From Chlorokybus atmophyticus (lineage: Eukaryota > Plantae > Mesostigma and Chlorokybus algae), in NCBI GenBank assembly GCA_009103225.1, contig RHPI01001327.1:1-64000 (forward strand): DNA of 64,000 bases. The letters are read 5' to 3'. The notes beneath the pieces are model-generated. The model was not told the origin of the DNA. It saw only the letters and a list, made by a program, of their open reading frames with translations, and made no database searches. Below, piece by piece: positions 23,301-34,992 of this stretch. The translations under genes were made by a program, and so were the position numbers. Every line of letters starts with the position of its first letter. The first letter of the stretch is position 1.

Positions 23301-26300
23301 CATACCTAATGGGTTTGAAGCGCAGTGTCACGGTCTGCGTTGCTCTTCCAGCGAGCGAACCGCTGGCGGGCGTGATGGTGAGGCACTCGGCGGCCGCGTC
23401 CATCAACAGCGACCCGCTCGTGCCATACTCCTCATCCTCGGTTGGCTCTAGACTGCATGCAATAGTGTAATATAGGTTGCCATCACTCCTGTTGACCACC
23501 GTCACGGTGCGCTTGGCCTCTGTATCCACGACGACGGGTCCAAAGTCCACGCGCGTGGGGTCGATGTCCACGCGGCCGGAGGTGCCCTCGCCCAACACCG
23601 ACAGGTGGAGCCGCATGTTGTTGTTGTGTTCTTTGGGTCCAGCGGTGTTGTCGGCCATGGCAAGCGCGCATGGCACGCGCAGGGAGTAGCGACGGCTCTC
23701 CTGCGGGCTGAGTGCAAACACAACCTGCTTCGCTTCGTTGCCGCGGATGATGCCGGAAGGCGGGTTGATGCTGATCAGGTCCTCCATTGTGCGGGATATC
23801 ACCCAGTCGAAAGCAACGGGTATCCTGCCAAGATAACACTTGTGAGCAGTCGTCCACAAGCGTCTACTGCTGCATATGTGTAAGTGTATTGTGTATCACC
23901 TTGAGGCATTCTGCATGATGAGTGTGCGCTCGGAGCGTGCACCGACGCATGTGGGCTTGAAATAGAGCAAAGACTCCGAGTCACCTGCGCGATGCACAAG
24001 TGGTGATAAATGTACACACGCTTGTGGACGCAAGCACATATGGATCTCAGGTGTGATAAGATGTGTGTGATACCAAGTAATCGAACGGAGGGAGAGAAGC
24101 CGCATGCGCGCACGGGGACCTCCATCGCATTGGCGTGAGAGTGGTTCAGGACGCACCGCAACTTGCCCTGATAAGGTGGGACAATAATAATGTCATTGTG
24201 TGTATGCACGCAGTTGAGCAGGGAAGCAACGCTGCTTGTACCTGGAACGGTGCATTGTCGCGGGCGTCGTACTGAAGCGCCACGACTGTCGTCGACTGCG
24301 GCGGGACCACACCCCTCTCAGGCACCACGCGCAACCTCCCACCCTCAACTACAAGTGAGACACGTGAGACATGCTCGCAGCGGCAGCCAGGGCTTCTCAT
24401 GCTGCATCAACAACATGTACGCTGCGAGCAAGAGTCCCCAAGCGTGCCTGGCAGGAAGTCGAACTTGACGGGTGTGTCGCCGTGGTTGGCGAGCGCGGCT
24501 GTCTGGTAGCTGCGGGCGCCCACCTGGCACGGGGCGAACAGGACGGCGCGGCCAGTCGGCTCAAAGGAGGCTTTAGGCATGAACTCCTCACTGGCCAGAA
24601 GACAAGCAAAGCGTGCAGTTGGCTGGGTGTGTTTGATGTGTTGGCTGCTAGTGTTGGGTGGATTTTGACTTCTTACCTGGTGGGAGTGTATGTGTGGCCC
24701 TGCACTGTGACGGGCAGTATCCACGGAGGACAGATGGAGTTCTCACTCACAAGGCGAAAGTTGCGCATCGTCTACAGTATTGTGTACGCGTGCACGCAAA
24801 AGTTAGAACATGTTGTTATTACATGCAACCAATGTTGCTGCTACAGTGTACAAGTGCACATCACCTTGACGTAGGCGACGCACTCCAGCTCTGCCCAATA
24901 GTAGCGATTGTCGCGCTCAGGGATGAACGCCAACTTGAATGCCACGCTCGCCCCGGGCCTCACGTCCACCTCATCAGGCACAACCTGCATTCACCACATA
25001 TGAACAACATGACCCAAACTCAGGTTATCATTGTGCGTTTGTGGTTACCTGAAAGGCGGACTGGGCTTGTTTGTCGGTCTGCGATGCGGGGACCCTCCAG
25101 AACACGGTTACTTTGGCATTGGTGTTGTTGGTCACGTACACAACGCGCGTGTCCGCGCCTCTACGCACGGCCAACTGTTCAGCAATCTGCTCAATCAACG
25201 TCAGTGACAAACACACACACGTCTTTGCGCACCGAGAGCGCGAGCTGGCGCCAAAGTCCACGTCAGTCAGCGACACCGCAATGGGGTTGCTGTTAGATGC
25301 AGCGTCGGCAAACAACGCGGCCCACAGCTCCAGCGTAGGGTCCTGATGCAGTTTAGCAGACAAGGTGATGATAACAACAACAACAACAACAACATCAACT
25401 CTATTACTAGCAGTATACTCGGGTGTGTGAAAACACCTGGGACGTGCTGGACTCAGAGTAGCGTGGGGATGCGAGCGGGAGCGTGTCGATGCCGCTGCTG
25501 TTGTTGTGCGTGTTTTCGGTCATGAGCTGGGTGGCGTTGGTTGCAAGAGGTTCGGCGATGCTCGCAAGTGCACGCAACCGAAGGTTGGACTGGTGCTCAG
25601 GGTCTGAAGACAAATGCGGTGTGCTCAACCGATCAAACGTTTTGGAAGAGCATTCTGTGCAAGTACACACACCTGCAGAAGAAGGTGGAGCGAAGATGCC
25701 TTGAGACTGCCTCTGCCGCTGCGCTTCGACGTGCCTCTGCGCAGGATTGGAGACTTGAACATCACAATCTTACTGGTGTTGGCTGGGATGTCCAAACGAT
25801 CGCCCAGCAAGACAGACCTGTGCTAGGGAGGGTGGTCGCCGCCTATCATCCCAACATGTGCCCACCAAGTCCACCGCCACGGGAGCGCCGTCCTTCACCA
25901 AGCAAGTCACCCTCCTGTCATTGTGGAGAACAATATTGACATTACTACAAAGCAGCTCGCTATCGGCTGGTCCCCGATATGCAGTGAGTGTGTGTGTGTG
26001 TGTGTGTGTGCGCATGCATAAGCGCGCGTGCATGCGTGGGCAGCGTGCATGCATGTGTGGGCGGTTGTGCGCGTGGGCGGTGGCATGCCTGTACATAAGC
26101 TTTTGCATGTGCGTGCGCGTGTGCATGTGGTGTGTGACTGACCTGTGGTAGCATGCGGCGTAGGCGGGCTGGAAGGTGACAGTGACGTGTGACGCCGACC
26201 GCGGCGGCACCACCCCCGCCGTGCGCGAGAACCCAAACGTCCCGCATGGATCCGCCGCAAACTGGAACACGGCCGGCACGTGGAACGAGTTGTACAGATG

Positions 26301-28038
26301 AAGCACCCTCGATGCCACATCACCTCTCTTAACATCCCCGAAGGTGATACTCTCCCCTCCAAACCTGATACTAGGTCCCAACGCACTCCCGCTACACCTC
26401 ATCACCTTCCCCCCTCCTCCCCCTCCCACAGCACTCGTCGCCGACCCCGCCACATCCAACGTGAACGCCTCGCTGCTCCACGCCCCCGCGGCCGAGGGCG
26501 CGTACGTCACGCGCAGGGCGAGGGAGGCGCGGGGAGGGACGAGGCCGCGGGAAGGGGAGACGGTGAAGGAACGGTCGTAGGGGAGAGGGAAGGATGGGGT
26601 GAGAGAGAAGGAGGCGGGGACGAGAGAGGCGTTGCGTAGGACGACCTGAGGGTGGGGGTGGGTGGGGGATGAGTTTGCGACAGAGGGGTTGCGTAGCATA
26701 TGAGAGAGTGCGTGTCTCGGACCTGGTGTTCGGCTGTGGTGCCTGTGTACACCTCGCCAAAGTCGAGGGTGTCGGGGTTCATCGATAAGAACGCGTACTT
26801 GCCGACCCCGCGCAGATCGATGGAGTGCGGCGCCGCACCATCAATCTCACATACCGCCTGTGCATGTACTATGATCACTCCACTGCACACTCGTCAGCGA
26901 AACAACAGCACGCAACTCACCTTGCCAATGTACACGGCAGCCTCGGTGGGCTCGAACCCGACACGGATCTCCGTGCTCTGTCCCCTCGCCAGCACCATCG
27001 TCTCCTCCTGCTGCTCCTTGTGTTGAGCCGGTTGCTTCTTCAACCCTGAACCCACGCGGAAGGGGGGAAGAGCGGACCAGCGGCAGCGGAGAGGCAAGTC
27101 ACCAACATTGCGCAGCAGGAAAGTCTGCGCGCGGGAGTGTAAGTGTGGGTGTGAATGTGCATGTGTGCCCAAGTGTGTGCCGACAACACACTCCCTCTCC
27201 CTCCCTCACCTTCACCGTGAGTATGTTCGCCGGGCAGTACCCGAACTCCACCTCTCCCGGCGTCTCCATCCTCACCGCCGGCAGCGTCGCCACGACCCTC
27301 ACTCTGAACTCCCCCTTCCCCGCCACCACGATCGCGACGCCGTCCTCGTAGGCCTCGCGGCGCACGGGGCGGAAGGTCACGGGGAGGAGGGTGGAGCAGC
27401 CGGGGGAGAGGGGGACCGAGAGGGAGGGGGGGAAGGGGAGGGCGAAGTACTTGGTCTCGGGGAGTCTGGGAGCGAGGGGAGAGAGAGAGAGAGAGTGTGT
27501 ATGGTGTGCGGGTTGGGGTGGGTGACTATCAGAAATGAACTCTTGAGCATGTGCGTGTGCGTGCACCCACCCGTGCGCGCACCCGCACACGCAAGCACAC
27601 ATGCCGTACGCACTTGCATACGCATGTCATGCGTGCGCGCGTACATGCATGCACGCACGCAAATGTATGCACACATACACATACACGCGCACACGCACAC
27701 GCACCCACTTTGCATGCACATGCGCACCTGTATTTGATGCGTACGATCTGCGTGGATACGTTCTTGAGCAGCAGTCCGCGCTCGTATTCCCCACCTGGCT
27801 CCCACGCCCTGCATTCGTCCCAGCAACGCAACCTCACGAAAGGCATTCCATGTAGTGTATATCATCAATTTATCAACTCTCTCCCTCCTGCTGCCACGCA
27901 CCTGAACTCGACGGCATCGGGGCAGTCCACTCCGTACTTGGCGGCGCGTTCCGTCCTCAACGAGTTCGTTGTAGGGGTGTCGTGGTCGCGGGGGTCATCG
28001 TTGTGGCTTCTCAGGGTGTCCGTGAACTGGACGCCCAT
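20345..28038 (-). CDS. CFAP65: Cilia- and flagella-associated protein 65 (many exons, tandem ASH/Ig-like domains)
   Basis: MGVQFTD..DCPDAVEFR|AWEPGGEYERGLLLKNVSTQIVRIKYRLPETKYFALPFP..LSPGCSTLLPVTFRP..FRVRVVATLP is colinear with the CFAP65 N-terminus; repeated Ig-like blocks (DFGEV, DFGPVVV, TFQPAY, CFQPLE); C-terminal QLVLEVISEPEMDDLL..YEDN*. Confidence 0.9.
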
Positions 28039-28388
28039 CCTGCCTTGATACAAGATGGAATATAAGATTATAGACTACGGAGCAAAGCTAGAATATTGTA
28101 TGCTTCAACACCAGCTAGACTACCAATAAAAACGATGTACAATAAAATTTACAACTACACTACACTATCGTTGTAAGCGCAGCAACATCCGCCAGGCCGC
28201 CCTTGTGAACAGAGTCCTTGAGCAGGCGGGGCTGATTATTATTGTTGTATACACTGACTGTGTGTACACTGTATATACCAAGCCACGTACTCAACAACCA
28301 GACCAAACACAACCCTAACGTTGCCCACGTGGCTCTCCCAGCGGCGTCCACCACACCCAACAACCACATCCCCGCCAACGCCCCTCAC

Positions 28389-28396
28389 AAACCCTA
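28389..28396. promoter_or_regulatory. Telo-box in the CFAP65/TSP1-gene divergent promoter
   Basis: AAACCCTA between ATGs 28038 and 28797. Confidence 0.45.
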
Positions 28397-28796
28397 ATCA
28401 CTTCCTTGCTTGGCGCAGACATCACGTGACTTCCCCCGGAACGAGTCCCCGTCGAAAATGATTATAACCGACCATAACCGCCGCGCACACTTGTTTGTAG
28501 AGGAAATAACAATAACAATCATGGTGGAGCAGAATCGGGACAGGAAAACCGACCGAAATGGATTTTTAACCCATGGGGAAGCGAAACCGCCGTGACGGTC
28601 AGCGGTCAGACTTCCCTGGGGCAGAACCATGAGACAAGTCTCTGGCCTTGAAAAAGGCTCTAACTTGGGGTTTCTTGACTTGACAGAGTTCATGACGCTT
28701 GGGTCTTTTGACTGCCGGTTCTTATGCCGCGGGAGGTCCAGCCAGATAAAGCAGGCTGGTCAGGCTCAGAGCATCAGCAGACCCATCCCCATCCCC

Positions 28797-31700
28797 ATGG
28801 CGGCGGCGGCGGCGGCGGCCGGCAGCGGCGGTGGAGCCAGGCGGCTGCCGCTGCTCGTCATCACCCTCTTGGCTGCGGCTGTTCTTTCTCACGCCGCAGC
28901 GGAGACTTGCCTAGAATGCAAGGAGACCAAGTCAAATCAAGGTAAAGAAGGCGGTGGTGACTTTGGATGGTTGACCGACTGTTGTGGACTCAGTAGCGTA
29001 TGTGTCGTGTGTTGGGGTGGGCAGTCATGGAGTCACGGAAGCATAGCGTTGTTGTGGCCGTTGTGTTTCTGGTCTGACCCCCCTTTGCGCAGGTGACATT
29101 GACTCCGCCGTTGAAGTGTCCCACGTGGCCTGGCAAGCCCCCGGCCAAACATCCCGCAGGACACTCTGGCTAACACCAGGTAAGACCGAAAAGAGCGAGC
29201 AGCAATTCACACATGACATAACACCATCACACAACTTAGCCAGAGCAGCCCGCACAACGCACATGTCCACACAAGTCATGTACCACTTTCTCACTTTCAA
29301 CCACTTGTACCAACTCCCCACCCCCCTCAGGCACGAGTCTTCCTGCGCCCCCCACTGCTCGCACCACTGACGAGCCTCAGGAGGAAGATGCTGCGTCTGA
29401 GGTCGACGACAACACGCCCGCATCCCCCCCACCTCCGCCGCGACAGCTGAGGCCGGGAGTGTCGTGGCAGACAACCAGCTGGAGCGATTGCTCGGTGCCA
29501 TGCGGATACGGAAACAAGGTGGGACACTAGGAGATACAAGTTGTTGTTGTTGTTGTTGTCGCCATGGTTGTGGTTGTGTTGCTTAACGAAGTATCCTCTC
29601 TCTGCAGACGCGTGTGGTGCGCTGCGTCGACGCCGACGGCCAGACCCTGAGCGTCTCCGAGTGCGACGACTCCACCCAACCCAAGACCACAATCTCCTGC
29701 CGTCGCCACCCTTGCAGCACCTTCCACATCGCTTCCGGCGCGTGGGGCCCGTGCTCTGCACAATGTAACGGCGGCGTGCAACGCCGACAAGTCTTCTGCG
29801 CTGACCCACGTGGACTTCGCGTGTCGGACGCTTATTGTGACGCTGCTGCGTTGAACGACGCGCGGGAAGGCGAGACAACGCAACCGTGTAATGAGGAGAC
29901 GTGCGCAGATTATTACTGGCAGCTCGGGTCGTGGAGTGAGTGTAACAAGCAGTGTGATTTTGGTATCAAGACTCGTACGCGTACGTGCGTGTTTGCGGGT
30001 GATAATGGTGGACCTGTTGCGGATGCGTATTGTGCCGACGTGGTCCCCGAGCCCAAGACCGAGCAGCTGTGCAACACGTGGGCGTGCGTCACGTACGCGT
30101 GGGACGTCACGCCGTGGGGAGACTGCAATGCCACGTGTGGCGAACACGCCTTCGCCAAGCGTGACATCGCGTGCAGGAGCTCACTCGGCGAAGAGATGGG
30201 TGAGACCGACACATTCCGATGCGGGGAGGGACCACCCGAGAGCGTGATGCGTTGCGTGGGTTTGCCTGCGTGCGAGGGGGTGGAGCAAGTGGTCGACGTG
30301 TGCGGGGAGCATGGGTTGGCTGTCGCAGCGGGAGGGTGCGCGTGTTATGTTGGGTGGGGTGGACCCACGTGCGCGGTCCCGTCCGCGTGCGGTGGCACCG
30401 TGGCGGTGGATAGCACGTGTTGCATTGGGCCTGTGGAAGCGAGTGGTCGTTGCTGCGAGGAGGGCGCGTTGCTTGACAAGCGCGGCGCGTGCTGTCCCTC
30501 GGGCGTGTTGGACGCGTGCGGCGTGTGCGACGGGCAGGGCAAGAGCGTGGACCTGCGTGGGGAGTGCTGCGAGAGTGGCGTCCTCGACGAAGAAGGCGTG
30601 TGTTGCCACAGCGGGGTCGTCGACGAGTGCAACGTGTGCGACGGGGACGGCTCCGCGTGCGGCTTCCAGGTGGTTGTCACCGCATACGTCAAACCCGACG
30701 CCGCCACGCCAACCAGCAGCGCCCTCGCCCAACAACTCACCGCCGATTGCGACGAGCTTATCCCCGACGCCGCCAACAAGGCCACCCTCACCCTGGAGGA
30801 TGTGGCCACGCTGCCCGCCTCGCACGATTACGCGTCTTCCCCCGAGCACGGCTTGTTGGTGTCCATCACGCTGTCTCTGCAAGCGCGTGGGCGCGGATTC
30901 CCCACGTCGTGGAGCAAGGCCACGGTGTCATCGTGGCTGCGGGCCCTTGCCCACGTCAGCCACGTGCGCCCGCCCATCAACCGCTACATGGCGGTGACCT
31001 CCGTGGCGCGCGAGGGCGTGTGCGGCAACGGCGTGTGCGAGGCCGGGGAGCGTTGTGTTGCCGCGGCCGAGGGAAGCAACACGCCTTACTATGACGATTG
31101 CTGTGACATGGATTGCCACTATACCGTACACGCCTGCCCCGTACCCGGCATCGGCGAGCCCGAGTGCGCCCTACGTGGACGTTGCCTCGCGCGCAGCGGA
31201 CAGTGCGACTGCCATGTTGGGTATGCGGGCGTGGCGTGCGAGGGATGCGCCGACGGGTGGCTGCGTGGGGCCGACGGCGAGTGCGTGTTGGGTGTGCCCA
31301 TGTTCAGATACAACGCGTCACTCGATGCCAGCGTCAACGCCAACATGGACAAGGCTGGTGGCCATGGCGGCGCATTGGACGGCCCCGGCCACGCGCGCGT
31401 GTCGTGGTTGTTCGTGTTGTTCGTGTCGGTGGGTGGCGTGGCCGTGGTGGGCCTGGTTGGCGCGGTGGTGGCGGCCCTCGTGCGCGGACGCATTATCAAC
31501 CCCGCCGTGGTTGGGTTGGGCGGCGGCGGGCGTCGTCTCACCCACACGGGGAGCAACAAGCGTCTGTTGGGTGGCAAAGACTCCAACGGCGGGTCGCCCT
31601 CGGCATCAGCACGCGAGCTCGGCATGGGTGCACTCTCCTTACCCATGCGTGCACTCTCACTCGCAGATCTACCCGAACGCCTCGCACGACTGCGCTCACA

Positions 31701-32217
31701 ATCGTGGGTTGGGGCTGCGCGCGCACTCAGCAATGTCCACAAGTTCAGCCACTACAGGCAGCAGGTCGACGAGGACAACAGCGACGGTGATGGCAACAAC
31801 AACACTAGCAACAACCACCACAGCAGCAGCTTCACGGCTGCCAACAACAAGCACGGCAGCAAGAACTTCAGCAACATCGCCGCCAGCATGGTGAGCGGTC
31901 GCGCGCAGTCGTGGGCGGGGCTCGGGGGACGCACCAACAACAAGGACAAGCCCGCCGTCGTGGTGCCCATCCAGGAGGCTGTTGAGCGTGGACTGAGACA
32001 CGCTTATGAGGGAGGAGATGGATATGAGCCAGGCCTCGGCTTCCACGGACACTCTGCACGAGTGCACTCGCCCAACATCACCGAGGTGAGAACCGCAACC
32101 GTGTTGTTGGCATTGGGCCATGCTATTAGGCGCCTTGGCTGTGCATGTTGTGACCATTCTGTTGCGGTGCAGGGTTGCGCTCGCGCCACGTATGGTGCTG
32201 AGGACGAGCGCGTGTGA
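28797..32217 (+). CDS. Single-pass cell-surface protein: signal peptide, 4 ADAMTS-type TSP1 repeats, EGF, Cys-rich repeats, laminin-type EGF, TM, cytoplasmic tail
   Basis: Signal LLVITLLAAAVLSHAAA; WQTTSWSDCSVPCG, SGAWGPCSAQCNGG, WQLGSWSECNKQCDFG, WDVTPWGDCNATCG; CACYVGWGGPTC; CCxxGxLDxxGxCC repeats and DECNVCDGDGSAC; CGNGVCEAGERC; TM WLFVLFVSVGGVAVVGLVGAVVAALV. Small exons 1-3 splice in frame to the 29610-32085 exon. Confidence 0.88.
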
Positions 32218-34279
32218 GTGGGATAGAGACAGACATCCTGTAGCGGGACCATGTAGCTAGAAGATGAGGAGACAGCCACATTCTTCCATTCTTTTCCGTT
32301 CCTTTGTTTGGCGATCAGAGCCACGACAGCGGTGGTGGTATTAACTGGCATCCGCTGCCAGATATATGCCTATGTCATGCTACATACGTGTGAGTATATG
32401 CGAGTGAGGAGGTGACACACACTCTCACTCTACATTAGTAGTTCAATGTTCAGCCACTATAGCTGATGCTCAGCCAGGGGTAATGCTAGCTTGTGGTAGG
32501 CATTGATGTCGAATAGTGTTGGCGAGTTGTACACTATGCAGTTCGGACTGAGCTGGCGTTGTTTGTTGTAGACATAGGGACCCATTCAGCCCTATGACTA
32601 GCTGTAGCTTACAATATGCAATCATACCATATGTGGCGTTGTCCAAGCGTATGCAAGGACTATGAGTGCGTTGGCATAGTCATTCAGGAAGAACTCCCAC
32701 CATCGCATACTGTTGATTGGTGTTTGTTCATCAGCTGCATTACATGAATGTCATGCACCGCGACATGTAGTGTTCATGAGAATGGCTGCGTGACAATGCA
32801 CATGTTGTTGGTCACATGCATCACCACAAACAATTAAATGTATACGCGAATGGTATATGTGACGATGGTCACATACAATCACCACGAGTCTATTTGATAA
32901 TAACTCAGCTATTGTTGGGGCATTTGCCATACAAGAGCTTTGCATGTGTAATAAATGATGGATGAAAGCTAATCGAGAATGTGTCACACCTAGCGTACAT
33001 GTTGGTTATGCATTGTGACAAGCATTCATGTGCAAATGGGGCATATATGAATTTCACTTCTTATGCGACTTGAAGTGTAAATGAGGGATAAAATGTACAT
33101 CTTCAGCACATTCACCCCTTATAGCTTGGCTGTTAGCAATACACTGTAAGATGTCAACCTGCTTGCATTATAGCTTGAAATTACAATTAAAACAATTATA
33201 GTAAGCATAATCATATATATGCCGTAATAAAAAGAAATAGAATTGAAATTGATCATAAATCAACTTCGCTATTGAATACAAGCTGAGCGCTGCAAGCCAT
33301 ATGCAAGTGCAATCTAGCTCAGATTTTACTGTTATTGTGTGATTCATGTTTGCGTCGGCTCCACGCCGTGGGGGACTTTATAATATCCGGCACAATTAAA
33401 TACATGCAATTGCAACCCCATGTTTTTTCATGTTGACGTGTGACATAACGAAAAGATGTTGATCGTGATGTAGCACACAAGAATACATCATGTGAACTAA
33501 TACTCATTGTTTATTACATATATATATATATATATATACTCAATGCATTGTCTGGTACACTTGAGTTTTGCTCAATGTTATGTGTAATATACCAATAATG
33601 GTACTAAGTTCATCAAGTAACGCTACATACTAGGTAGTACAACGCAGCAAAATTGCAATCTTCTTTGATGATGCGTCATTACACATAATGAATGAATTTA
33701 ATTGAGACGGATAACACAAGCGCGTTTTCAATTTTACTTCTTCTTCTGTACAATAATTGGGCATATAAAATACAATTAATTCTGTGGTAAGTTACCCCTT
33801 GGCTTTTACCATCCTCAATAATGACAGTTCCAAAACTTTTCCTCTTTACATGCAACATAACCATTGCCATGTATTATCTGATCACATTGCATAACATTCT
33901 TGTGGTATGCAGTTTTGCATATATAATATAATGCCATCAACAATTTTAAGGCTGAAACTTATACAGCGTTTACAGTGCTCGAAGATCGTTAATAGGCAAC
34001 CAAGTAGCTAGCTCTGCATGCTTATAATGGCATTTGAGTGAACATGGTAGCCGATTTTTTGTAGAGCCATCTTGTATAATTAATACATTTGTTGTTGATT
34101 TTCATATTAGAATGAAACTCATTATACATAATCCTTGACAGTGTAACATAAATGAGGCATGTACGGGACATTTAACTCCTCCTACAGAGCTGACCCTTGC
34201 GTCCATAATCTAATGGTTAAAGCGCCAAATTACAATTGTACACCTGACATAAAATTTTTATTAAATATCTAATAAAATA

Positions 34280-34610
34280 ATTTCGTTCAGCACAAGTTGA
34301 TCAACTTGTTATTCTGTCGAATAGAACCCCCCCTTACACCCCCCCCCCCCCCCCCNACTTTGACATCATGATCACCGTCGCTCGTTGGAGTTGTCTCACC
34401 TGTTGTATATCAGATGTCAGCGGTGCTGCACTAGGCCAAGCTGGTTTCTTTGATTGCAACAGATGTCATGCATTATACTACTCATTGCCCCCCCCCCATC
34501 AATGGGGGGTGTTGTATTGAGGTACCATCTTGCCCGTAAAAGGGGGTGCCCAACAAAGCCCCCCCCGATTTTCAATGGGGGGTTGTAATAGGGGGGGTAT
34601 TCGACGAAAT
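34280..34610. repeat. Foldback/MITE-like structure with C/G-tract inverted ends, containing a 133-bp copy of 40421-40553
   Basis: GTCGAATA..CCCCCCC TTACA CCCCCC on the left mirrors GGGGGG TTGTAA TAGGGGGGG TATTCGAC on the right; perfect palindrome ACAAGTTGATCAACTTGT at 34292-34309; single N at 34356. Confidence 0.5.
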
Positions 34611-34887
34611 ACGGTGCCGGTAGACTCACGGCAGTAACCTTGACAGCGGAATTCCTTGCTATATAGGAGACTTACCCTTTGCACGATGCAAGTTGCACCT
34701 GAGCATGACTTTAATGCGCAAGTCAACGGCTTTGAAAGCTTGAATGTATATTCGCTTCAGCCAATCAACAAGCGGCTTTTCGATCCTCGCGAAACCTAAA
34801 GTCAAAACTGTCACTCTGGTTTTGCTAGACAGACGCAACACACTTGGCTTCAGCAGATGTCAGCGGATTGTGTCTCGGCTTCATTCA

Positions 34888-34942
34888 TTTCGCGCCCAGC
34901 GGCAGGGTTTTCCCGTTTCCGTTGTGGTTTTTGGAGTTTGAA
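34888..34942 (+). promoter_or_regulatory. Candidate cell-cycle promoter module (E2F-like, 2x MSA core, CHR) upstream of kinesin-14
   Basis: TTTCGCGC 34888-34895; CCGTT (=AACGG) 34913-34917 and 34919-34923; TTTGAA 34937-34942; ATG at 34993. Confidence 0.4.
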
Positions 34943-34992
34943 TCTGACGGGGCGGGTGAACGTTGGCGGCGGCGGGGGGCAGCGCTGGCGTC

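Noticed and set aside
24667-24690. U1 snRNA (CTTACCTGG)
   Set aside because: It is the reverse complement of a CFAP65 splice donor (CAG|GTAAG); no U1 body follows.
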